A stretch of DNA of 64,000 nucleotides from Catonella sp. (GTDB lineage: Bacteria; Bacillota; Clostridia; Lachnospirales; Lachnospiraceae): NCBI RefSeq assembly GCF_052173895.1, contig NZ_JBQMXS010000004.1, forward strand, positions 3,960-67,959, read 5' to 3'. The notes below the pieces were generated by a model. That model was given only the letters and a program-made list of their open reading frames with translations, had not been told where the DNA came from and did not search any database. Below, piece after piece: positions 17,258 to 27,801 of the stretch (position 1 is its first letter; the number at the start of each line of letters is the position of its first letter). Made by a program: the position numbers and the translations under genes.

Positions 17258-19093
17258 ATGAAGAAGTCAGAATATGAAAAAATTATGACAGAAGCAGAGG
17301 AGAAGGAAAGATTGGCAGAAATAGAAAGAAACAGACCAGTATTAGAAGAAGTTATAATTGGAGAAAATGTAAAGAGCCTTAAAGAAGTTCCAGAGGAGGT
17401 TTATGACAAAGCCAAAAAGATAATTGTTGCAGACAATATAAAAGAAATACCGGATGAGTTTTTTATGAATCATCACTACATGGAAGAAGTCTGCCTGCCT
17501 TTTGGACTTGAAAAAATTGGGGATAGGGCGTTTAGAGCGTGTGAGAAGCTTACATCCGTAAGGATACCGGATACAGTGACAAGTATAGGTAAATGGGTGT
17601 TTTCAGCTTGTGATAAACTTAACGAAATAATACTGCCTGATTCTCTTAGAGAAGCAGGAGACTATGCTTTTTATTGGAACAAAGTAAAGAAGATAAAGCT
17701 TCCTAAAACTGTAGAAAAGCTGGGAGCAAGATGTATAGCTTCAGATATTGAAGAAATAGAATTAGATGAAAATAATGAGAATTTTAAACTTGTAGGAAAT
17801 ACTATATTTAGCAGAGATGGCAAGAGCATAGTAATGGTGTTTAACAAAATTAAAAGGGAGAGAATATATGAGATACCTGAAGGTGTAGAACATATTGAAG
17901 AAGATGCTTTTGCTTTCTGCCGCTTTTCAAAGATTATTGTGCCAAAGAGCATGAAAAAAATAGGAAAAAGGGCATTTTATGAGGCTTTGGCTGATGAAAT
18001 TGTACTTCCTGAAGGGCTGAAAGAAATAGGAGAATATGCATTTTCAAGGAGTGAACTTCTGCGAATCAAGATTCCTGAGAGCATAAAAGAAATTAAGAAA
18101 GGTACTTTTGATACAGCAGAGATAAGAGAGATAATTTTACCAGACAGCATAGAAACTTTGGGATATAGGGCATTTAACAGTATAAGCCAGACAGAAGAGA
18201 TAAAACTGCCTAAGAATTTAAAAAGAATAGGAGCAACATGCTTTGAACACATTTATTTAAAAAAATTGGTAATTCCTGACAGCGTGGAGTTTATTGGAAG
18301 CTACGCAATAAGCAGCCTGGATCTTGAATATACCAATATTCCAAAGTCTTTAAGGGAAGTAGGAAACGAGGCTTATGGCTGGAAGAGAAAATATAAGGCA
18401 GATGAATTTCCAAAGAATCTTGAAGTAATTAAAAGTGATGCTTTTGATGCTTTTTCTTTTGGAAGGACAGCAACTTTTGGCAAAAAGCTTAGAGAAATAG
18501 GAGTATCATTACCAAAAGACATATATGATTTAACTCTTTATGACAATCTTTTAAAGGTAACAGGCAGAGCTTGGGATGAGAACGAGAAAAAGGAAATAGA
18601 ATTAGAATTTGGTAATAACATTTTTAAGCTTCGTAATCATAGGGATGATGGACATGGAGTCATAATAAATGTAAAATCTGCCAAAACCGATGAACTCAGA
18701 TATAGCATATATTTGCCTGAAAAACTAGATATTTCAGATACCTGGGGAGAAAACTTTGAACCAGATTTTGATGCTTATGACAGAGCTTTTGAAAAGTTAA
18801 CAGAGGAAGATGAAAAGCTTATCATGGCTTTTTCAAGGCTCGATTGTCCTTACAAGCTAAGTGATGAAGCGAGGAAAAGATATGAAGATTGCTTAAAAAA
18901 TGTAACAATGAGCATGTCAGGTACAGCTAAATTTATCAAGAACCTCATAGCTGCCAGAGGCATTCAGATAGTAGACAGGCTTAGTAAATACAACATTATT
19001 ACTAAAAAGGTTCTTGACAAACTTATAGAAAGAGCAGAGATTATGGATGAAAAGGAAGAAGCTGAATATTTTAAAGCTTATAAGCTTTCATAA
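17258..19093 (+). CDS. BspA-type leucine-rich repeat (LRR_5) protein, no signal peptide
   Basis: Repeated LPxGLxxIGxxAFxxC / IPDSVxxIG units. The N-terminus is charged. Confidence 0.9.
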   Translation: MKKSEYEKIMTEAEEKERLAEIERNRPVLEEVIIGENVKSLKEVPEEVYDKAKKIIVADNIKEIPDEFFMNHHYMEEVCLPFGLEKIGDRAFRACEKLTSVRIPDTVTSIGKWVFSACDKLNEIILPDSLREAGDYAFYWNKVKKIKLPKTVEKLGARCIASDIEEIELDENNENFKLVGNTIFSRDGKSIVMVFNKIKRERIYEIPEGVEHIEEDAFAFCRFSKIIVPKSMKKIGKRAFYEALADEIVLPEGLKEIGEYAFSRSELLRIKIPESIKEIKKGTFDTAEIREIILPDSIETLGYRAFNSISQTEEIKLPKNLKRIGATCFEHIYLKKLVIPDSVEFIGSYAISSLDLEYTNIPKSLREVGNEAYGWKRKYKADEFPKNLEVIKSDAFDAFSFGRTATFGKKLREIGVSLPKDIYDLTLYDNLLKVTGRAWDENEKKEIELEFGNNIFKLRNHRDDGHGVIINVKSAKTDELRYSIYLPEKLDISDTWGENFEPDFDAYDRAFEKLTEEDEKLIMAFSRLDCPYKLSDEARKRYEDCLKNVTMSMSGTAKFIKNLIAARGIQIVDRLSKYNIITKKVLDKLIERAEIMDEKEEAEYFKAYKLS

Positions 19094-20316
19094 TATGCTA
19101 ATGTCTCTTTAAGCTTTGTCTTTATATCATCAACCAGTTCTTTAGGGGCAAGAGCAACAATCCTTGGAAATGGGCTAAAAACTGAGGTCTGCTGCTGTAA
19201 ACAGAACATAAGTATGCTTTCGCGGCAGACTCTTTTAAGCTCTATCTTGCAAAATGATATGGATCTGCCATTAATTTCTGCCACTCTTTCAGAAGGATGA
19301 ATTTTTACTTTATGGCCAAAGTAGTCTATGATTACTGAAAGAGAGGAAACAGGGCATTCTAACACCACATCAGTTAGAAAGTTCTGGCTGTCTGAGGCTG
19401 CTATCATCAAAGGAAAAATGGAGGCATATCTATCTGCATCAAACTCATTGTTTTTATAAAAAAGTTTGAGTGAGCCGGGAATAGGGTTTCTTTTTTCAGG
19501 GACTAAATTGCCATTTTTATCCTGAGTCTTATGAAAAACAGCTTTTTTAATTCTGTCTATGCGGTAGTGTGACGGATTTTCATAATCATTAGCTGTAGCG
19601 ATCAGGTACTGGTGTCCGTTATTCCATAAAAGAGCATAAGGATTTATTATATAAGGACTTTCAGCATTTTTAACTTTTAATTTTGGCTTTATAGGTATCC
19701 TAGTGCGGTCTAAGGAATATTCGCCATAAGTAAGTTCAAGCTGATAGCCTTTTTTGATAGCCTCAAAAATAGTCTGTATGCTGTAGAACCAGTTGCTTAC
19801 CTGATAAGGATTTGTTTTATCTATAGAAACCGGCCGCTCAAGGTTAGAGGCTTTAGTAAGCTCTCTGCCAGCCTGCACAGGGCAAAGCAAATCTTCTACA
19901 GAGGTAAGATAGTCCTTTTCTTTGTCTGAAAGGTATTTATCAGAAATTATGGAACCTTTAATCATATTTAGATCGCTTGGATTAATGAAAGGCTCAAAAT
20001 AGTATTTTTTTGGTTTGCCATCTAGGACAATGAGCTTTCCGCCATAAACGGCAGATATTGTATCATAAACATTTTCTATATCTTTAATATCAAGTATGAT
20101 GTCAGTGAGCCTTCTGGCCTGCTTTTGGAAAGGTATTATCTGAACCAATTCGTTTTCAATCTCAGTAGCAGTCAATGGACTCTCGGCAGAAGATTTGGTC
20201 TGAAGTATATAGACCATGAGGTTAAACCAGATAGGCTGTGATAATGGGTCTTCAGTATACACTTTGCCAGCAGGCAAAGAATTGTATTGGGACTTTGCAG
20301 TAGTTTCGGCAGACAT
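19078..20316 (-). CDS. WYL-domain transcriptional regulator (N-terminal wHTH)
   Basis: N-terminal ILQTKSSAESPLTATEI (wHTH-like), then AIKKGYQLELTYGEY, INPYALLWNNGHQYLI and HYRIDRI (WYL), and C-terminal LAPKELVDDIK. Start set at the ATG after GGAGG. Confidence 0.85.
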   Translation of the reverse strand: MSAETTAKSQYNSLPAGKVYTEDPLSQPIWFNLMVYILQTKSSAESPLTATEIENELVQIIPFQKQARRLTDIILDIKDIENVYDTISAVYGGKLIVLDGKPKKYYFEPFINPSDLNMIKGSIISDKYLSDKEKDYLTSVEDLLCPVQAGRELTKASNLERPVSIDKTNPYQVSNWFYSIQTIFEAIKKGYQLELTYGEYSLDRTRIPIKPKLKVKNAESPYIINPYALLWNNGHQYLIATANDYENPSHYRIDRIKKAVFHKTQDKNGNLVPEKRNPIPGSLKLFYKNNEFDADRYASIFPLMIAASDSQNFLTDVVLECPVSSLSVIIDYFGHKVKIHPSERVAEINGRSISFCKIELKRVCRESILMFCLQQQTSVFSPFPRIVALAPKELVDDIKTKLKETLAYYESL

Positions 20317-20400
20317 AGGCCAGACCTCCAAAGAATAATATATAAGAACAGTTTAATGAGAATTTTGCAAAAATGCAAGCTATAATTAAAGGAGAAAACT

Positions 20401-20790
20401 ATGACAGTAAAACAATTTATAAATACAGAACTTTATAAAGAACTAAATTTAGGCAATTATACCGTACTTGTTGCAGATCCGCATATCAATGAATTCATTA
20501 GAGACAGGAGTAAAATATTTGTAGGCATTGGCGTAGGCAGGGGTGGAATGGATATTGAGGCTGCAACAAAAACGGCATTAGAGAATGTGAAGAATCAAGT
20601 TGGCGGCAAAACTTTTGACAGAAGAATAGTTTTTATAAAAGGAAACATATTGAAGTCTGACTTATATGTGGCAAGCAGTGCTTCATGGGACAATAATTTA
20701 TTCAGTGAAAATGGAGCGGAAACTCTGATGGGATTTGGATATACAGACAAAGATGAAGAGAAAATAGTTGTTTATGTAGCAGTTGTATAA
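20401..20790 (+). CDS. Stand-alone FtsZ C-terminal-domain-like protein, paralogue 1 (diverged)
   Basis: IFVGIGVGRG..IEAATKTALEN...IVFIKGNI...TLMGFGYTDKDEEKIVVYV matches the FtsZ C-domain pattern (MGIGxAxGxxRAxEAAxxA...IFG...DEIxVTVI). Confidence 0.55.
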   Translation: MTVKQFINTELYKELNLGNYTVLVADPHINEFIRDRSKIFVGIGVGRGGMDIEAATKTALENVKNQVGGKTFDRRIVFIKGNILKSDLYVASSASWDNNLFSENGAETLMGFGYTDKDEEKIVVYVAVV

Positions 20791-20861
20791 AATATAAAAA
20801 AGTACAGAAAATGTCCGTTTGATGCGATATAATGATTATAAATTAAATCTAGGAGGGAATT

Positions 20862-21245
20862 ATGAAGATAGAAGAATTTATGAAATCAGAGCTTTGCGCA
20901 AGGATATTAATGAAAGATAAAGATGTAGGGTTAGATAATCAAGACCTGGAAACTTTGTTTAGAGATAAGGAGGAGGTATCAGCATTTACCGGCATTGCTG
21001 ACGGAGAAAGAAATGTGCAGCTTGCAGTAGAAGCGGTACTGGAAAATATCAAGTTTAATGGAAAAGAAAAGAAATTTGAAAGAGCTATTTTAATGATTGA
21101 GGGAGACCTTACGATGCAGGATGTTTCAGAAGGTCTTGATATAATGAGAGAAGAAATGGTAACATCTGATGCAGATTTGATATTTGGCAGTAAATATGTA
21201 GAAAATAGTGAGAAGAGAGTAAGGGTTGATGCAATTATGGTATAG
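20862..21245 (+). CDS. Stand-alone FtsZ C-terminal-domain-like protein, paralogue 2
   Basis: VGLDNQDLETL (cf. T7 loop INLDFADVKT), TGIADGERNVQLAV, ILMIEGDLTMQDVSEG and DADLIFGSKYVEN...VRVDAI. Confidence 0.7.
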   Translation: MKIEEFMKSELCARILMKDKDVGLDNQDLETLFRDKEEVSAFTGIADGERNVQLAVEAVLENIKFNGKEKKFERAILMIEGDLTMQDVSEGLDIMREEMVTSDADLIFGSKYVENSEKRVRVDAIMV

Positions 21246-21257
21246 TGTGGAGGGTGT

Positions 21258-21884
21258 GTGATAACTAGAGAAGAAGCTATTGATTATGGATTAGCATTTC
21301 AGGATGCATATCTGGATATGCCTTTTAAGGATACAAACTGGCAGTTAATCAGAGTAAAAGGCAGTAAAAAAGCCTTTCTTTGGGTATATGAAAGAGAGGG
21401 CTGTATAAATCTCAATGTAAAAGTCTCTCCGGAGTGGAGAGATTTTTGGCGAAAAGCCTTTAAGTCGGTTATAGCAGGCTGGCATCAGAATAAAGAGCAT
21501 TGGAATACAATTATTTTAGATGGCTCTATTCCTGAAAAAGATATAAAAACTATGATAGCCGAGAGTTATAACTTAATTACAGATTCACCGACTAAGCGGA
21601 TATATGAAGCTGTAAAGAAGATTCCTAAAGGTAAGGTTGCTACTTATGCACAGATTGCAGAAATGGCAGGAGATAGGAAGATGGCAAGAGCTGTAGGAAA
21701 TGCTCTCCATAAGAATCCGGATCCTGAGAACATTCCATGTTTTAGGGTAGTAAATTCAAAAGGAGAATGCTCGGGTTCTTTCGCATTTGGAGGAAATGAA
21801 GAGCAGGCTAAGAGGTTGAGGAAAGATGGGATTGAGGTTATAGGCAATAAGGTTGATTTGTTAAAATATAGTATTAAGATTTAA
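21258..21884 (+). CDS. MmcQ/YjbR-domain + O6-alkylguanine alkyltransferase (MGMT) DNA-binding domain fusion
   Basis: The N-terminus has NLNVKV, AGWHQNKEHWNTIILDG and IAESYNL (YjbR). The C-terminus has IPKGKVATYAQIA, ARAVGNAL and IPCFRVVNSKG. Confidence 0.85.
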   Translation: MITREEAIDYGLAFQDAYLDMPFKDTNWQLIRVKGSKKAFLWVYEREGCINLNVKVSPEWRDFWRKAFKSVIAGWHQNKEHWNTIILDGSIPEKDIKTMIAESYNLITDSPTKRIYEAVKKIPKGKVATYAQIAEMAGDRKMARAVGNALHKNPDPENIPCFRVVNSKGECSGSFAFGGNEEQAKRLRKDGIEVIGNKVDLLKYSIKI

Positions 21885-21924
21885 TTCTTACTAATAAGGG
21901 TTTGTACAAGTTAAAGGAGTTTAC

Positions 21925-23082
21925 ATGAAGTTTTTTCATATTTCAGATTTGCATATCGGCTTAAAACTTGAAAATAAAGATTTAAGTGAAGATCAGCGAT
22001 ACATACTAAATGAAATAGTAAGAGAGGCTGAATTAAAAAGACCGGATGCCTTAGTTATAGCAGGGGATATTTATGATAAATCATTGCCGTCAAATGATGC
22101 AATAGAGATTTTTGATGAATTTATATTAAAATTGTCAAAGGCTGTACCTAAGATGAATATTATGATTATTAGTGGTAATCATGACAGTGCGGTAAGGATT
22201 AACCAGTTTAGAAAATTACTTTCAAGAAACAACATATATCTAATAGGACAACCACCAAGGACGGTTGATGAGTTTATTGAAAAAATTGAATTTAATGATG
22301 AGTTTGGAAAGATAAATTTTTATCTTTTACCCTTTGTTAAGCCATCTTATGTAAGAAATACATTAGGACTTGCTGAGAATGAAAACAGCCTTTCTTATGA
22401 TGAGACTTTGCACAGACTTATTGAGAGGGAAGATATAGATAAAAATGACAGGAATGTATTGGTGAGCCATCAATATTATGTTCCTGTGAATAAGAACCCT
22501 GAGGAAGTGGACAGGATGGAGTCAGAAATTATCTCGATAGGAAATATAGATATGGTAAGGGCAGATATACTCGAATACTTTGATTATTCTGCTCTTGGGC
22601 ATATACATAAACCATGGAAGGTAATGGGAGAATGTCATAGATATTCAGGTACTCCTCTAGCCTGTTCTGTAAGCGAAGCAGGGCAGGAAAAGGGAATAGT
22701 TATGGTAGAAATGTTTGAAAAGGGGAGGATAAATACAGAGGTTATTCCGTTAAAATCTTTGAGGAAAATAAGGGTTGTAAAAGGTAGTATTACAGAAGTT
22801 TTGCAAGAGGGTTCTAAAGATTATGTGAAAATTATAGTTGTCGGTGAGCATGTGTCAGATATCGACCTTGCAGATAGGATTAGAGATAAGTTTCCTAATT
22901 ACTTGGAGATTTGTAGGGAGAATTTTAGTAAAGGGGATGCTAACAGAGTGGCAGAAAGTTCAGATGAATTGAGTGAAATAGAAAATTGCAGACTATTTTT
23001 AAAAGAGTTAAGTGCTGAAGAGGAGGTGCTGTTGGCTAGCTTTATAAATGAGTTGAAAGAGAGGTTGGTAAATGAGGCCTAA
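21925..23082 (+). CDS. sbcD: Exonuclease SbcCD subunit D
   Basis: HISDLHIG, AGDIYD, SGNHDS, ALGHIH and YSGTP motifs. Confidence 0.95.
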   Translation: MKFFHISDLHIGLKLENKDLSEDQRYILNEIVREAELKRPDALVIAGDIYDKSLPSNDAIEIFDEFILKLSKAVPKMNIMIISGNHDSAVRINQFRKLLSRNNIYLIGQPPRTVDEFIEKIEFNDEFGKINFYLLPFVKPSYVRNTLGLAENENSLSYDETLHRLIEREDIDKNDRNVLVSHQYYVPVNKNPEEVDRMESEIISIGNIDMVRADILEYFDYSALGHIHKPWKVMGECHRYSGTPLACSVSEAGQEKGIVMVEMFEKGRINTEVIPLKSLRKIRVVKGSITEVLQEGSKDYVKIIVVGEHVSDIDLADRIRDKFPNYLEICRENFSKGDANRVAESSDELSEIENCRLFLKELSAEEEVLLASFINELKERLVNEA

Positions 23083-26000
23083 AAAACTGGTTATGCAGGC
23101 GTTTGGCTCTTATAGTAAAAAAACTGAAATTGATTTTACAAAACCTAAGCAGAATTTATTTTTGGTTACAGGGGATACGGGTGCAGGAAAAACAACAATT
23201 TTTGATGCCATTGTATTTGCACTTTATGGTGAAGCTAGTTCGGAAAGTAATAAAAAGTCCGGACAGGAACTTCAAAGTCAGTTTTCGGACTATGGCGATG
23301 AACCTTTCGTAGAGCTTACATTTACAGAAATGGATGGAGCTATTGAAAAGGAATTCAGGGTTCGCAGAGTCCCTAGACATATCAGGCCTCTTAAGAGAGG
23401 AAGTGGATATAAGTCAGAGAATGAAAAAGTTTCTCTTTTTTTAGAGGACAATAGTGAATGGTCTCAGAATATAAAGGAAACTAATGCCAAAATAGAGGAA
23501 TTAGTTAAACTTTCTAAAACTCAGTTTATGCAGGTATCAATGATAGCTCAGGGTGAGTTTATGAAGGTGCTTAAGGGAGATGATAAACAGGAGATTTTTA
23601 GAAAGTTATTTGGTACTGAGATATATCAGAAACTTATAGAAGGATTAAAAATTAAAAGTAGCCAAAAAAATGCTGAATTCAAAGACTTTGGTTTAAGATG
23701 TTTACAGTATATCAGAAGTATTAGAGTGTTAGAAGGTACAGAAAAAGACTATGGTTTTTCAGAGATAAAAAATGAGGCAGGTATAACAGAGATTGAAAAA
23801 ACGGTAGTTGCCTTGGAAAACCTTTGTACAGAATTAAAAGAAAATATAAAGATAAAAGAGATAGAAAATAGTGAAATTTTAGTTAAACGAGATACGAAAA
23901 AAGGGGAGCTGGCTGAGGGAAAACTCCTTTTACAGTCGTTTGTAGAACTTGAAAAGTCTGAGGAAAAGTTAAGGTATCTTGAGTCGCAAAAAGAAGAAAT
24001 AGAAAGTTTGACAAAATTAGTTAAAGATATTGAGCTGGCTTATGAATTAGAAACACTTTATAAGAATTTTTGTGAGGCAGGAGAAAGATTAAAAAAGAGT
24101 GAGCAGGAGTTAGAGGAAATTAAAACTAAAATTCCACAATATGCCTCAGCTTATGAAAAGTTTAGTAAAAAAGAGAGTGAAACAAGGGAAGAGTTTTCGT
24201 TAAAATCAGAGCAGTTTAATAAGATTTCTGAAAAAGTAGCTAAAGCATTAGAAAGTTTTTCCAAAATAAAAGCAAAGAAATCAGAACAGGTTATCAAAGA
24301 AGACGCTAGGGTAAGTGTTGCAAGAGATACTGATAATGCAAAAAGGGAACTTGAAAAATTTGAGGCAGATGAAAAAGAATGGAGAGAGACGGTAAAGGGG
24401 CTGTTGGTTCTTGAGAAGAAACAGATAGATGTAAAAAATCAAGTTCAGAACCTTAATAATATAGAAAATGAGCTTACTTTGTTGATGCAGACAGATAGAA
24501 AGCTAATTACTGAAAAAGAAGAATTAAAGAAGTTCACTATAACATTTAAGGATGATCTTGATAAGTTTAACTTCGTAGAAAAACTTGTTGCTGATAAAAG
24601 AAAAACTCTGTATGAGCAGAGAGCCGGTGTTCTTGCAAAAAATTTAGAAGAAGGAAAGCCTTGTCCTGTATGTGGCTCGACATCTCATCCGTCACCCTGC
24701 ATGGCTGTAGATGGTGTGCAGGAAGTGACAGAAGAGGAAATAGAAGAACTTGCAGAAAAATCTAACAGGCTTAAAGTGAGTGTTGATGAGAAACTATATG
24801 AACTTGAAAGAAACAAGGCTATGTTATCAGAACGAGATAGGCATTTGGAAGAAAATAAGGGTAAATTACTCCAAGTTATAAAAGAAAATTTTTTTGAAAT
24901 TGAAGATAGTGCAAATCTAGAAAGTATTACCGGGAAGATAACGTCGTTTTTAAGTGAAAAAAATATTGAATTAAATAAGATAAATAAAGAAATAAAAGAA
25001 GTTAGGGTGATAGAAAGTAAACTTTCTATTGCTGAAGAAAATGAGATTATATTAAGGAAGTTAGTTGAAGATGCTAAAGAAAAAGAACTGAAATTAGATA
25101 GAGAACTTTCAGGAATAAGCTCGGCAATAAAAGAACTGGAAGATGGACTTGAATATCTTACAGAAGAAGAGGCAAATAATGCTATAAGAGATGAAAAAAA
25201 GAAGAAAATAGAAGTAGAGGGGAGGTATGAGGAGGTTGTTAAAAATTGCAGAGAGGCAAAAAGCATCAAAGAACAGGCGGAGACCTTGATTTCAAGGCTA
25301 GAAGTAGACATACCTTTACTAAGAGCTGAAGAAGAGAATAAGAAAAATGAATATATGACTGCATTATCAGAAGATAGCTTTTATGAAGAAAATTGGAAAA
25401 AACTGGTACAATCATATAAAAAGTTTGAAAAAGATGAAAAACAGAGTATAATTAATAAGTATATATCTGATAAAAATACAGAAGAAAAAATTGTGGATAG
25501 ATTAAAAGAAGTTACTAGAGAAAGACAGAAACCTGATATATCCTTATTACAGGAAGAGGTAAGAAAGTTTGAAGAATTATATTCAAGTCTGAATTTGGAA
25601 TTAGAAAAATTAAAAACTGTTTATAGCATAGATGAAGATGTATTAAAAAACTTAAAGATAGAGCTGGCAGGCAGAGAAGAAAAAGCAAAAGAATATGCAC
25701 TCATTACCGGACTTGCCAAAAAGATGTCCGGTACTACTACCGGTTTAAGAATGGATATTGAAACCTTTGTACAGAGGCAGTATCTAGAGAAAATACTTGT
25801 TTCAGCTAATAAGAGGTTTAATGATATGTCTGCAGGCCAGTTTGAGTTAAGGACTTATGAGCTTGATAAGGCAAGTGAAGGTAAAAATAGAGGATTATCA
25901 CTTATGGTGTATTCTCATATTACGGGAAAAAGCAGGGATGTAGGTACACTTTCAGGTGGAGAATCGTTTATGGCAGCCTTATCATTGGCACTTGGTATGG

Positions 26001-26242
26001 CGGATCAAATTCAGGAAAAAAGTGGTGCTATAAATCTTGAAATGATGTTTGTAGACGAAGGTTTTGGCACGCTTGATGATAATTCCAGAAATAAGGCAAT
26101 AAGAATATTAAAAACTATGGCAAATGGGTCAAAACTGATAGGAATTATTTCACATGTGAATGAGTTAAAGCAGGAAATAGATGAACAACTTATTGTAACT
26201 AAAGATGAGAACGGAAGCAAGGTGAGATGGCAGTTAAACTAA
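23072..26242 (+). CDS. sbcC: Exonuclease SbcCD subunit C (SMC-like)
   Basis: GDTGAGKTT, Zn-hook PCPVCGS, LSGGE, FVDEGFGTLD and IISHV, with long coiled coils. Confidence 0.95.
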   Translation: MRPKKLVMQAFGSYSKKTEIDFTKPKQNLFLVTGDTGAGKTTIFDAIVFALYGEASSESNKKSGQELQSQFSDYGDEPFVELTFTEMDGAIEKEFRVRRVPRHIRPLKRGSGYKSENEKVSLFLEDNSEWSQNIKETNAKIEELVKLSKTQFMQVSMIAQGEFMKVLKGDDKQEIFRKLFGTEIYQKLIEGLKIKSSQKNAEFKDFGLRCLQYIRSIRVLEGTEKDYGFSEIKNEAGITEIEKTVVALENLCTELKENIKIKEIENSEILVKRDTKKGELAEGKLLLQSFVELEKSEEKLRYLESQKEEIESLTKLVKDIELAYELETLYKNFCEAGERLKKSEQELEEIKTKIPQYASAYEKFSKKESETREEFSLKSEQFNKISEKVAKALESFSKIKAKKSEQVIKEDARVSVARDTDNAKRELEKFEADEKEWRETVKGLLVLEKKQIDVKNQVQNLNNIENELTLLMQTDRKLITEKEELKKFTITFKDDLDKFNFVEKLVADKRKTLYEQRAGVLAKNLEEGKPCPVCGSTSHPSPCMAVDGVQEVTEEEIEELAEKSNRLKVSVDEKLYELERNKAMLSERDRHLEENKGKLLQVIKENFFEIEDSANLESITGKITSFLSEKNIELNKINKEIKEVRVIESKLSIAEENEIILRKLVEDAKEKELKLDRELSGISSAIKELEDGLEYLTEEEANNAIRDEKKKKIEVEGRYEEVVKNCREAKSIKEQAETLISRLEVDIPLLRAEEENKKNEYMTALSEDSFYEENWKKLVQSYKKFEKDEKQSIINKYISDKNTEEKIVDRLKEVTRERQKPDISLLQEEVRKFEELYSSLNLELEKLKTVYSIDEDVLKNLKIELAGREEKAKEYALITGLAKKMSGTTTGLRMDIETFVQRQYLEKILVSANKRFNDMSAGQFELRTYELDKASEGKNRGLSLMVYSHITGKSRDVGTLSGGESFMAALSLALGMADQIQEKSGAINLEMMFVDEGFGTLDDNSRNKAIRILKTMANGSKLIGIISHVNELKQEIDEQLIVTKDENGSKVRWQLN

Positions 26243-27751
<1,509 letters not shown>

Positions 27752-27801
27752 AATAAATATTTACGAATATATATTATTTTACAAAATAAGGAAATTAAGG
27801 T

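Noticed and set aside
20401..21245. FtsZ-like ORFs as a broken ftsZ pseudogene
   Set aside because: Both ORFs cover the same C-terminal region, each has its own SD and a shared novel N-terminus, and there is no trace of the GTP-binding domain or dcw genes.
24685..25311. 208-aa minus-strand ORF, and similar antisense ORFs such as 14187-14777, 37199-37642 and 55784-56266
   Set aside because: These are Ser/Phe/Leu-rich shadows of Glu/Lys-rich sense genes, fully inside well-supported CDSs, with no SD or motifs.
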